32,000 bases of DNA from assembly GCA_041661045.1 (NCBI GenBank), contig JBAZVE010000001.1:900001-932000 (forward strand), read 5' to 3'. Position 1 is the stretch's first letter, and each line of letters begins with the position of its first letter. The stretch is from Candidatus Saccharimonadota bacterium (GTDB taxonomy: Bacteria > Patescibacteriota > Gracilibacteria > UBA1369 > 2-02-FULL-48-14). The position numbers were made by a program, and so were the translations under genes. Below the pieces are notes generated by a model that was not told where the DNA came from, did not search any database, and saw nothing but the letters and a program-made list of their open reading frames with translations. Shown here in pieces: positions 16,625-24,271 of the stretch.

Positions 16625-18088
16625 TTAGCCGGAATGTCTTTCCGCCAGTTCAACTAGAGTTCGTATCCCCACAGCGGTGGCTCCATATTTGCTTGTGGGG
16701 GTGGGTCTTTCCACCCAGCCGCTTCCGGCGATATCCAAATGAATCCATGGAATTTTGTCGTCCGTGAAGTGTTTTAAAAAGGCGCCACCCATAATGCTTC
16801 CGGCTCGTACTCCATCTGTGGCGTTGATGAGATCGGAGAATTTCCCTTTGCATGCTTTTACAAAATCTTCGTCCAGGGGGAGGGGCCAAGAGCGTTCGCC
16901 CATTTTTTGGCTGCAGTCCATGTATTCATCAATGAAAGCCTGGTTGTTCCCCATGACTCCGGTGATGTGGTAGCCCAGAGCTACGGTGACGGCACCGGTG
17001 AGCGTAGCCAAGTCCACCATGCATTGAGGCTTGAAGTGTTTAATGGTGTAGGAGAGTGCGTCCGAAAGCACCATGCGGCCTTCGGCATCGGTATTGTTGA
17101 TTTCGATGGTTTTCCCGTTGTAAGCGGTCACGACATCTCCCGGGTGTACCGAGCGATCCGATAAAGCATTTTCCGCACACGCCATGACTCCCACGAAATA
17201 GCCGGGAATTTGAGCATCTGCGATGGCTTGCAGCGTTCCAAGCACAGTAACGGCTCCACACATGTCGAGCTTCATGTCTTCAATATGTCCGGATGGTTTT
17301 AAGTTGAGCCCCCCCGTATCAAAAGTGATTCCTTTCCCGATCAGGGCCAAGTTGGGTTGCTTGGCTTTGCTCTTGTAGCGGTGTTCCAAAATGACCAAAC
17401 GGGAACCCACTTTTGCGCCTTGTCCCACGGCGTACAGAGCGCCGCAGCCCATTTTTTGTAGTTTTTTATCGTCAAAAACGGTGACCGACATCTTGTACTT
17501 CTTGGCCACTCGAACGGCCTCGTCGGCAATGTCTTGCGGATTTTGATTGCCCGCGCAGGTGTTGATGAGGTCGCGTGTTTCTTCACTCACTCGCATAAAA
17601 ATTTCGGCTCTTTTTATAATTTTTTTTGTGTTGGCATTGACCGAACTCACCAAGTGAACCTCTTTGAGTTCCACGGCTTTTTTATCCTCAGTCTTGTACT
17701 TTTTGAATTCATAGACGCCCAATGCAGCTCCGTTGGCAAAATCCTGAAGATCTTTTTCTTGCACAAAAATGCTGGCGGTTTTGGCTTTTGCGGCCTTGCA
17801 AAGGTCCATGCACTTTGCACCCAAAAATTCCATACTTTGAGGAACCCATTTTTCTTGTTCTCCTCGGCCCAGCAAAACCACTCGTTTCCACTTTCCTTCA
17901 TCCCAAAACAGGGACAACGATTGCCCCTCTTCTCCCTCAAAGTCTTTCGCCTTGATGCGGGCTTCCACCTGTTTGCTCATGTCGGGTCCAAGGATGGACT
18001 TCATGGCTTTGGAAGGGGATTCGCTCTTTCCTAAAATCAGGACGAGCAGATCGGCGGCGGGCGGAGTGGCGGCGAGAGCGAGTTTCAT
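16625..18088 (-). CDS. pepA: leucyl aminopeptidase (M17 family)
   Basis: GKGITFDTGGLNLKP, DMCGAVTV and the M17 signature NTDAEGRMVLSDAL; length 487 aa. Confidence 0.92.
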   Translation of the reverse strand: MKLALAATPPAADLLVLILGKSESPSKAMKSILGPDMSKQVEARIKAKDFEGEEGQSLSLFWDEGKWKRVVLLGRGEQEKWVPQSMEFLGAKCMDLCKAAKAKTASIFVQEKDLQDFANGAALGVYEFKKYKTEDKKAVELKEVHLVSSVNANTKKIIKRAEIFMRVSEETRDLINTCAGNQNPQDIADEAVRVAKKYKMSVTVFDDKKLQKMGCGALYAVGQGAKVGSRLVILEHRYKSKAKQPNLALIGKGITFDTGGLNLKPSGHIEDMKLDMCGAVTVLGTLQAIADAQIPGYFVGVMACAENALSDRSVHPGDVVTAYNGKTIEINNTDAEGRMVLSDALSYTIKHFKPQCMVDLATLTGAVTVALGYHITGVMGNNQAFIDEYMDCSQKMGERSWPLPLDEDFVKACKGKFSDLINATDGVRAGSIMGGAFLKHFTDDKIPWIHLDIAGSGWVERPTPTSKYGATAVGIRTLVELAERHSG

Positions 18089-18145
18089 GGCGAAGAGAGG
18101 GTTAATAAAACTTAACCCCAGCTTACAATGGATTTATGAACTTGT

Positions 18146-18544
18146 TTAGGCCAAATTGAGATCCGGAAGAGGAATGCTGGAATTCCAGGCCACGAACTCT
18201 TCGTTTGCGCTGCGGCGGTGCCGTGGATTTTCGTTGAGCTCATGCCAAAACTCCACTTGTTCTTCCCCCAGTTTCCACGATAGAAATACGGGACGATCTT
18301 TGTAGAAACTCGGGAAATCCAAAAGGCCCTCGATGGGATCTCTCATGATGCAACCCACTTGATCGAGTTCTTCGTTGCACGCTTTTAGGCGATTGATCTT
18401 ACCTTGAATCACGGCTTCCGAAAGTTTGTCTTCAGCTCCCTGAGAAGTCATAAGCTCATCCCAGTTTTTTTGCACTTCTCTCAGAACTTGAGCCACAAAA
18501 ACCAGAGATCGATTGGCTTCCTCCAGTGTAAAGGTTTTTCCCAT
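18146..18544 (-). CDS. DUF2203-family protein
   Basis: N-terminus MGKTFTLEEANRSL and C-terminal block GLLDFPSFYKDRPVFLSWKLGEEQVEFWHE match the DUF2203 pattern as I remember it. Confidence 0.65.
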   Translation of the reverse strand: MGKTFTLEEANRSLVFVAQVLREVQKNWDELMTSQGAEDKLSEAVIQGKINRLKACNEELDQVGCIMRDPIEGLLDFPSFYKDRPVFLSWKLGEEQVEFWHELNENPRHRRSANEEFVAWNSSIPLPDLNLA

Positions 18545-18588
18545 GCAATGGTGTTACTGATGAATAGAACGGTTGGTTTCAAGAAAAG

Positions 18589-19053
18589 TTACATGGATTT
18601 CAATTCTTCCAAAATTTCTGCCACATGATTGCTTACGCTGACCTTGCGCCATTCTTTTACAATCTTGCCTTCTTCGTCGATCAAAAAGGAGCTGCGCTCC
18701 ACGCCCAAAAATGTTTTTCCGTACATGCTTTTCTCTTTCCATACGCCAAAGGCCTCAAGGAGTTTACCTTCTTCATCGGAGAGCAATTCAAAGGGCAATT
18801 TGTATTTTTCAATAAATTTATCATGAGATTTGAGGGGATCTTTGCTCACGCCAATAATCACGGCATTCAAGTCTTCATAATTTTTTAAGTTATCCCGAAA
18901 ATCACAGGCTTCGGCGGTACAGCCGGGGGTGTCGTCTTTTGGGTAAAAATAAAGCACGATTTTTTTACCTTTGTAGTCGGTAAGAGCCACCTCTTTCCCT
19001 GAAGAAGAGGGGAGGCGGTCGCCTGGCACGGAGTCGCCAACAGTGAGAGCCAT
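18589..19053 (-). CDS. bcp: thiol peroxidase / peroxiredoxin Bcp
   Basis: YFYPKDDTPGCTAEAC active-site motif, AVIIGVSKD, typical 154-aa length. Confidence 0.9.
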   Translation of the reverse strand: MALTVGDSVPGDRLPSSSGKEVALTDYKGKKIVLYFYPKDDTPGCTAEACDFRDNLKNYEDLNAVIIGVSKDPLKSHDKFIEKYKLPFELLSDEEGKLLEAFGVWKEKSMYGKTFLGVERSSFLIDEEGKIVKEWRKVSVSNHVAEILEELKSM

Positions 19054-19129
19054 GGATTTTTGGTGAAGTGTTTAAATCTTATCAGCTTCTGTGTTAATAT
19101 GGAACCGTATTTCTCTTAACACCTCAAAA

Positions 19130-19714
19130 ATGGCACACAGTGCAAAAGATTTTTCAGCCTTACTTGGCAATCTCCCCGGCCTTTCCGATGCGCAGCTCGC
19201 TGCTCATTTCAAACTCTATGAAGGGTATGTCAAAAAGATCAATGAGATCGAAGAAAAGTTGATGACCGTGGATAAGAGTTTGGCCAACTACTCCTTTGGA
19301 GAATACAGCGAGCTCAAGCGGCGCGAAGCGGTGGCTTTTAACGGGACTTATCTCCACGAGATGTATTTCGAAAATATGAAAGGTGCTCCGACTGAAGCAT
19401 CTGCTGCTTTAAAGGTTGCGCTTGAGGGATCTTTTGGTTCTCTGGCTGATTGGGAAAAGGATATGCGCGCCGCGGCCGGTTCCACTCCGGGTTGGGTGCT
19501 CCTCACCTTCAGCAAAGTGGATAAGAAACTTCACCACTACATCATGTACGAACACCACATGAACTATCCTGTTCACCAAGTGCCGCTCATGGCCCTGGAC
19601 TGCTGGGAACACGCGTTCATGATCGATTACGGCATCGACAAAGCCAGCTACCTCAATTCCTTTGTGAAACTCATCGATTGGGACAAGGTGGGGGAGAGGT
19701 TTGGAGAGGTGTAA
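19130..19714 (+). CDS. Fe/Mn-family superoxide dismutase (divergent N-terminal helix)
   Basis: C-terminal signature DCWEHAFMIDYG. Ligand contexts LAAHFKLYEGYV and FNGTYLHEMYF. ATG 19130 (MAHSAKDF) is preferred to the ORF-track GTG 19091. Confidence 0.85.
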   Translation: MAHSAKDFSALLGNLPGLSDAQLAAHFKLYEGYVKKINEIEEKLMTVDKSLANYSFGEYSELKRREAVAFNGTYLHEMYFENMKGAPTEASAALKVALEGSFGSLADWEKDMRAAAGSTPGWVLLTFSKVDKKLHHYIMYEHHMNYPVHQVPLMALDCWEHAFMIDYGIDKASYLNSFVKLIDWDKVGERFGEV

Positions 19715-19741
19715 GTCAGCACTCTTTATAGGTACAAATGT

Positions 19742-19769
19742 TTGCGTGCCTGGGGGAGGCTTGTATAAT
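19742..19769 (+). promoter_or_regulatory. candidate sigma70-type promoter (TTGCGT - 16 nt - TATAAT)
   Basis: -35-like 19742-19747 and consensus -10 19764-19769, just downstream of the SOD stop. Would drive a ~110-nt leader that ends at the 19865-19888 hairpin. Confidence 0.4.
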
Positions 19770-19864
19770 GGGGGCATGAATCACTCTGTTGTTTCAGCTC
19801 GAACTCTCATTCTAGAACTTCCCTCCAGAAGCCTCTAGGATTTTGTGAAAAACTCATAACCCTC

Positions 19865-19888
19865 AGGCTTCTCCGGAAGCCTTTTTTT
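19865..19888 (+). terminator. rho-independent terminator-like hairpin
   Basis: AGGCTTC (19865-19871), loop TCCG, GAAGCCT (19876-19882), then a T-run to 19888. The next ATG is at 19889. Confidence 0.55.
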
Positions 19889-20191
19889 ATGCCTACCTTT
19901 TCTATAAAAAACCAGAAATGCCCTAAAGAATGTTTGGGCACCGTTGTCATTCATAGTAAAAAATGCCAACGCTTTCGCTGTACGGTTTGTGGGAAAACTT
20001 GGGGATTTCGTACAGGGTCTTTGCATTATCGATTGCAGTTTCCTCAAGAATCCGTGGATTTTGCAGTTCAAAAATTACGAGAGGGTTTGCCCATTCGTCG
20101 CGTGGCTAAACTTTGCAAAACGAGTCCCAACACCATTCAGCGTTGGAAGACGCGTTATTTATATTTACATCGTTCATCCTTTTTCTCATGA
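19889..20191 (+). CDS. Zn-ribbon + HTH protein resembling the N-terminal module of IS1595/IS1-type transposases (no DDE domain)
   Basis: CPKEC...(x13)...CTVCGKTWGFRTGSLHYRLQFP (transposase-type zinc ribbon pattern) followed by an HTH-like LREGLPIRRVAKLCKTSPNTIQRW. 100 aa. No catalytic domain follows. Confidence 0.6.
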   Translation: MPTFSIKNQKCPKECLGTVVIHSKKCQRFRCTVCGKTWGFRTGSLHYRLQFPQESVDFAVQKLREGLPIRRVAKLCKTSPNTIQRWKTRYLYLHRSSFFS

Positions 20192-20544
20192 TTATGCAGC
20201 CTCATATTTATTTCCCAGACTCTACTGATCCCGATGCATGGGGGGATGCAGTGGGTAGTTTTTGTAGCAATCGGTCTCTTGTTTTCAGCTCACCCAGCAG
20301 AAGCGAAGCACTCGAGGTCATTGATACCATTCGTGATGCCATTGCAAATGGTAAGATTCAATTTATGCAAGGAGATGTTCGGCAGGCCGTGGAGTTCTCC
20401 AATAGAGTTTTAAAGGCCGTACAGATCTTGGACTACCACCTTACAGCTTGGGACTTCGCCCCTCTTTGCCCGGCTTCCGTTTTTTTATTTGTTCAACCCA
20501 ATTCGGAGGATCAATTTGGCTTCCAGCCGATGTTTACTTTGTGA
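20188..20544 (+). CDS. hypothetical protein (118 aa)
   Basis: ATG 20188 overlaps the TGA (20189-20191) of the upstream ORF in an ATGA arrangement. The ORF-track start 20113 is TTG. No family recognised. Confidence 0.45.
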   Translation: MIMQPHIYFPDSTDPDAWGDAVGSFCSNRSLVFSSPSRSEALEVIDTIRDAIANGKIQFMQGDVRQAVEFSNRVLKAVQILDYHLTAWDFAPLCPASVFLFVQPNSEDQFGFQPMFTL

Positions 20545-20546
20545 GT

Positions 20547-21626
20547 TTAACGCTTTCCCTTTTTTACTGCCTCCAACTCGGCAAAAGTAGAATTGGCAGA
20601 GAGGCCTGCTTCCTTGCATTGTCGGGCAAGGCTCAGGAGTAGATCCTCTGGAAGTGGTCTTTCTCTAGCTGTACCTTGTCCAGGCCATAATTTGTCATAA
20701 GCTTGTCTCAACTTCTCCCACGCAGCCTCTTCTGATTCAGTGTGCGTTAGCTCAATACCAAAACGAGAAAGCACCTCTATTGCAGTTTGACGACCCCTGG
20801 CTCTCTCTAATTCACGGTCATGATTATCCGTATCGTTGGGGAGGCCAAAACGAGTTCTATCGAAGGAGTCTTGTCTCCTAAAACATGCTTGGGTTATAGC
20901 CCTATAAGTTGCATCCATCTCAAGCCCAAGATCACGCTTAATGGCATTTACTGCATCCGCCACTCTTTCGATATCAGAATGCAGAAGTTCCGGTTCGCCA
21001 GTCCATCTTTTCAGGTTGTGCAGCATGCGTTTCCAACTTGCGAAGGTGCCTTCGCTGTAGATGCCATCTTTTTCGTTTCCTAAAAGTCTTTGCATGAGTT
21101 CGGCATGTACTGGGAAATGAGCAGCCGTTGGGACTAGACCCATTTGCAAATTTGACCAGAATGGGATTCTATCGTTTCTGGCGCTATCAACAAGCGAAGT
21201 TCTTAGGTTGGTGGTTTGCCCCCCTGTTGTTGCCTCTATACTTAGTGGGGTTCCTGCAGTAGGTGGAAATGTTACTTTGGAGATTGTGAAGTCTGTCTTT
21301 CCTTCATGTTCCCAAGCCAATTTCCATTTTAGGTCAGAAGGTTCCATTGCATCTACGATGGATGATCTCACCTCTCCTTGTGCTCTCAAAACCATCCCCA
21401 GTTCGGGGAAAATGGGGCCTTCTACACCCGGAATGGGTGCCTGAAGACCCAGATATGCTCTTAAGAAGGTGTGAAAATGAGTCCCAGCCTCATTTAAAGC
21501 AGGATCCTTCCAGAGGCCACTTTCCAGTACGCGCAAGCTCTGTTGGCGTAAGGCTTCTTCTCTCAGCTCGGTCTCAAGATCTCTATCTAATGCACTGGCA
21601 CCTAAGGTTTTTGGATATGTGGACAT
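20547..21626 (-). CDS. hypothetical protein (359 aa), no recognisable domain
   Basis: Long uninterrupted ORF with soluble-protein composition. A near-consensus promoter lies 28 nt upstream of the ATG. No catalytic or nucleotide-binding motif recognised by eye. Confidence 0.65.
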   Translation of the reverse strand: MSTYPKTLGASALDRDLETELREEALRQQSLRVLESGLWKDPALNEAGTHFHTFLRAYLGLQAPIPGVEGPIFPELGMVLRAQGEVRSSIVDAMEPSDLKWKLAWEHEGKTDFTISKVTFPPTAGTPLSIEATTGGQTTNLRTSLVDSARNDRIPFWSNLQMGLVPTAAHFPVHAELMQRLLGNEKDGIYSEGTFASWKRMLHNLKRWTGEPELLHSDIERVADAVNAIKRDLGLEMDATYRAITQACFRRQDSFDRTRFGLPNDTDNHDRELERARGRQTAIEVLSRFGIELTHTESEEAAWEKLRQAYDKLWPGQGTARERPLPEDLLLSLARQCKEAGLSANSTFAELEAVKKGKR

Positions 21627-21653
21627 AATGTAGACGATGCGTGTTGCGAGCGA

Positions 21654-21681
21654 ACTATATCATTTTTTGTTTACTTGTCAA
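21654..21681 (-). promoter_or_regulatory. near-consensus sigma70-type promoter for the 359-aa ORF
   Basis: The minus strand reads TTGACA (21681-21676) - 16 nt - TGaTATAGT (-10 at 21659-21654). Confidence 0.55.
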
Positions 21682-21703
21682 TTGCAAATACTTTTGTTAT
21701 AGT
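21675..21703 (+). promoter_or_regulatory. near-consensus sigma70-type promoter for the 21737 ORF
   Basis: TTGTCA (21675-21680) - 17 nt - TATAGT (21698-21703) with TG at 21695-21696 (extended -10). Its -35 overlaps the -35 of the opposite promoter by 5 nt. Confidence 0.55.
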
Positions 21704-21736
21704 GCAGTGGGTTATATCCCTTCATTCTTACTTATT

Positions 21737-22126
21737 ATGGCGTTAGGATTAGAGTCTTCGGACTTCTTAGAAATTTCTCGTGAAGAAAGGCTTAATGAGC
21801 TAGAGGCGCTTGTTCAAGCGGTTCGAACGGCTTTGGCGGAGACACCCGGTACTGTTCGTCAAATGAGTACTTTGTGGGGGCCTACACTGGATGAGATAGA
21901 GGAGGCAATAGGGTTGGCTCGAGTGGGAAGAGAACTTCCTCAGGCTAAAGCCGTTCTTTCTCGCACAAGAGAGGCGGCGGGGATTGTTGTGGTCCAACTT
22001 TTACTCATGTTGGCACGGAATATCTGTATTCATGAATTTTATGAAGCAGATGGAAGTGATGTTGCTATTCAAAGTTTTTCTGACAACCTTCGAACTCGTT
22101 TGGAGGAGGATAATTTACTTTTTTAG
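21737..22126 (+). CDS. hypothetical protein (129 aa)
   Basis: ATG 21737 lies ~27 nt downstream of the predicted TSS. The ORF-track GTG 21641 would begin upstream of the promoter. Helical, acidic N-half (MALGLESSDFLEISREERLNELEALVQAV). No family recognised. Confidence 0.5.
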   Translation: MALGLESSDFLEISREERLNELEALVQAVRTALAETPGTVRQMSTLWGPTLDEIEEAIGLARVGRELPQAKAVLSRTREAAGIVVVQLLLMLARNICIHEFYEADGSDVAIQSFSDNLRTRLEEDNLLF

Positions 22127-22663
22127 GTCCATCGCTTTCAGTAAAGCTTCAAATTTTGTGTAACCGCTGGCGGCGTTGAAATGTCCGGCGCCTTTTATAA
22201 GAGTGATGGGGGTGCTCAGGAGGAGGCTGAGTTCCTGCGCTTTTGCGAGTGGGATATAAGGGTCGTTGTTGCTGTGGAAGATTTCGAAACGGGGGCAGTT
22301 TGCGCGGATGGTTTGCCAATCGAAGTTGCGCTGAGCAAAACTTTTCATCCCTTCATCGAAGGCATTTCCTAAGACTCCAAACACACAAGCCACTAGATAA
22401 GCTGCTTTTACCGGATAGCGCTCGAGTACATTTAAAATAAAGGAGCCGCCTAAGCTATGGCCCACCACTATTGTCTCTGAAGTGAGATCTGCTTCGTATT
22501 CTTTCAGTTTTGTGAGCCAGTTCTCAAGTGTTTGTCCTTCCGGGGTTGGGAATTGAGGCACAATCACTTTATGCCCCCGTTTTTCGAGTTCACTTTGCAG
22601 CCAAGGGAACCAGTTTTCCTTGGGACTGCCTCCCACGCCGTGAATGATGAAGATGGTGGACAT
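22115..22663 (-). CDS. alpha/beta serine hydrolase (YdeN/RBBP9-type)
   Basis: IFIIHGVGGSPKENWFPWL N-terminus, nucleophile elbow VGHSLGG, C-terminal GAGHFN. ATG 22663 is preferred to TTG 22684. Confidence 0.8.
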   Translation of the reverse strand: MSTIFIIHGVGGSPKENWFPWLQSELEKRGHKVIVPQFPTPEGQTLENWLTKLKEYEADLTSETIVVGHSLGGSFILNVLERYPVKAAYLVACVFGVLGNAFDEGMKSFAQRNFDWQTIRANCPRFEIFHSNNDPYIPLAKAQELSLLLSTPITLIKGAGHFNAASGYTKFEALLKAMDLKK

Positions 22664-22668
22664 ATATC

Positions 22669-23634
22669 TTAAGTTATACTCCAAGTTCTTTTTTCTACCA
22701 AACGACCGGGGATGGTGAAGCCGGAGGCTTTTTTGTGGCCGCCGCCGCCAAAGAGAGCGGTGATTTTTGTGAGGTCGATGGTTTCGTCTTGGGTTCGAAG
22801 GGAACCCTTGATGTTGCCTTTGAAATCTTCGGTGAGGAGCATGCCGAATTTGGTTTGCGGCACATGGCTCAGGTAAGTTACTAAGCCTGAAAGGTCGTCT
22901 AAGTTGGCGTTTTCGTCTCTATAATCCTGTTCCGTTACGGCGGTGACCACGGCGTTTTTATCGTTCAATTCCACGCGGGAGAGGGCGCGGCCCCAGAGTC
23001 GAAGTTTGGGAATGGATGCGGTGTGAAACTGCTCTTTTACGGATTTTTCCAGGTCCGCGCCCAAGGCCTTGAGCCGCGCACCTACGCGGAGACAGTCGGC
23101 GGTGACATTGGAATGCATGAAAGATCCGGTGTCGTAGGAAAGACCGTGAAAGAGAGCGGTGGCCATGGTGGGTGTGATGGGCCAACTGTAACTGGCGAAC
23201 ATTAAAAAGAGAATAAAACAGGTTGCTGGGGCTTCGGGCATTACGATATTAACGGTCCCAAAGTAGTCATTGGAGGGGTGATGATCGATGTTGAGAAGTT
23301 TCATTTTTGTTCGATCCAGCAGTTCCGGTTTTTTTTCGTGGAAGCCCATAACCTTGTGACCGCCGCAATCTTGCGTTATGACCAAATCGACGAGCGTGGA
23401 ATCAAAATCCTGCACAAAAGTTTCGGCTTTCCGGAGGAAGCGACAGCTTTCGGGAATCGGATCCATGCAGGCGGAAATCACCTCCTTTCCCAAGCTTTCC
23501 AAAACCTCGCGCATGGCCAAGTTGGACCCCACCGCATCCGCATCTGGGTTTCTGTGTGCGATGATGACCACTCTTTTCGCCTGAAGCAGGAGGGTTTGTG
23601 CTTGTCCAAAAGCTTCGAGTGCCTGGTTGAGCAT
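22669..23634 (-). CDS. nrnA: DHH/DHHA1 phosphoesterase, NrnA-type oligoribonuclease/pAp phosphatase
   Basis: Motifs IIAHRNPDADAVGS, ITQDCG, NIDHHPSN and the DHHA1 GGGGHKKASG. Confidence 0.88.
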   Translation of the reverse strand: MLNQALEAFGQAQTLLLQAKRVVIIAHRNPDADAVGSNLAMREVLESLGKEVISACMDPIPESCRFLRKAETFVQDFDSTLVDLVITQDCGGHKVMGFHEKKPELLDRTKMKLLNIDHHPSNDYFGTVNIVMPEAPATCFILFLMFASYSWPITPTMATALFHGLSYDTGSFMHSNVTADCLRVGARLKALGADLEKSVKEQFHTASIPKLRLWGRALSRVELNDKNAVVTAVTEQDYRDENANLDDLSGLVTYLSHVPQTKFGMLLTEDFKGNIKGSLRTQDETIDLTKITALFGGGGHKKASGFTIPGRLVEKRTWSIT

Positions 23635-23651
23635 TGGGGGTTTTCGTGAAT

Positions 23652-23676
23652 AAAACTAGTTCCCCATGCTAGTTTT
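23652..23676 (-). terminator. possible intrinsic terminator after the RibD-C-like gene
   Basis: AAAACTAG (23652-23659) / CTAGTTTT (23669-23676) 8-bp inverted repeat with a 9-nt loop, starting at the stop codon. U-rich 3' arm, AT-rich stem, so only moderate. Confidence 0.35.
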
Positions 23677-24271
23677 ATTTGTGGTCTTTGCGAAGGGCAG
23701 ATTGCTGCTTTTGACTTGCGCCGTTTACGGCTTGTGGTGAATCATATTCCACTCGGTAGTGGAGGAGGAGCGAGCCTTGGCGATTCAACTTTTTTACTGA
23801 AATGAGCCGCAGCTTTGTGGTTTTACTCATTCCGGTGATCATTATTTTCCCTCGACCAAATAAAAGGGGTTCGAGGGTCACAAAAATTTCGTCCAAGAGT
23901 TTTTGTTTGAGCATGAACCCATAAATCTCCGTCCCGCCGAGTATGCCAATCGTTTTATATCCTTCAAAAATATTCCGTAGATCTATGGTAGTGGGATTCA
24001 CAAAGCACACGCTTCCATACCGTTTGAGTGTTTTTACTTTTCTGGAAAAGACAACGGTATTACGGTTCTTTAATCTGTCTTTTGCCGCCTCATAGGTGTT
24101 ACGGCCCACCAGTACCGCATCCATCTTTGCGAGTGATTTCTGAAAAAACTCCCAATCCTCCGGGCTCGTCCAATCCGGCCGCTTTTTTGCGTGTAAGGAA
24201 ATTCGTCCATCCACACTCGCCGCCACAAAAGCGATGAAGCGGGGTTTAATCATTTTCCTGGAGTGCTTCAT
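23675..24271 (-). CDS. RibD C-terminal-domain / dihydrofolate-reductase-like reductase
   Basis: FIAFVAASVDGRISL, AVLVGRNTYEA, GGTEIY and LHYRV fit the RibD_C/DHFR-like fold family. Alternative ATG at 24253. Confidence 0.8.
   Translation of the reverse strand: MKHSRKMIKPRFIAFVAASVDGRISLHAKKRPDWTSPEDWEFFQKSLAKMDAVLVGRNTYEAAKDRLKNRNTVVFSRKVKTLKRYGSVCFVNPTTIDLRNIFEGYKTIGILGGTEIYGFMLKQKLLDEIFVTLEPLLFGRGKIMITGMSKTTKLRLISVKKLNRQGSLLLHYRVEYDSPQAVNGASQKQQSALRKDHK

Noticed and set aside
18099-18118. Hairpin GGGTTAA-TAAAAC-TTAACCC between DUF2203 and pepA.
   Set aside because: No U-run follows on either strand, and the genes are co-oriented 57 nt apart. Possibly an RNA processing or stability element, but there is not enough support to call a terminator.
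19889-20544. The idea that the Zn-ribbon/HTH ORF and the following 118-aa ORF are an IS1-like insA/insB pair joined by programmed frameshifting.
   Set aside because: The 118-aa product shows no DDE-type motifs or InsB-like sequence. I saw no obvious slippery A-run at the junction, which is a simple ATGA overlap. No terminal inverted repeats were found by eye around 19.8 or 22.1 kb.
21820-21828. GGTTCGAAC, resembling a tRNA T-loop.
   Set aside because: Flanking bases do not form a T-stem or acceptor stem, and the site lies inside the 129-aa ORF. No tRNA cloverleaf could be built anywhere in the intergenic regions I inspected.
19715-22126. Claiming the orphan cluster is a recent horizontal acquisition on compositional grounds.
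   Set aside because: Spot GC counts inside the cluster (48% and 52% in two 60-nt lines) match a flanking housekeeping line (53%). No tRNA, integrase or direct repeats flank it. Accessory status remains an inference from gene content only.
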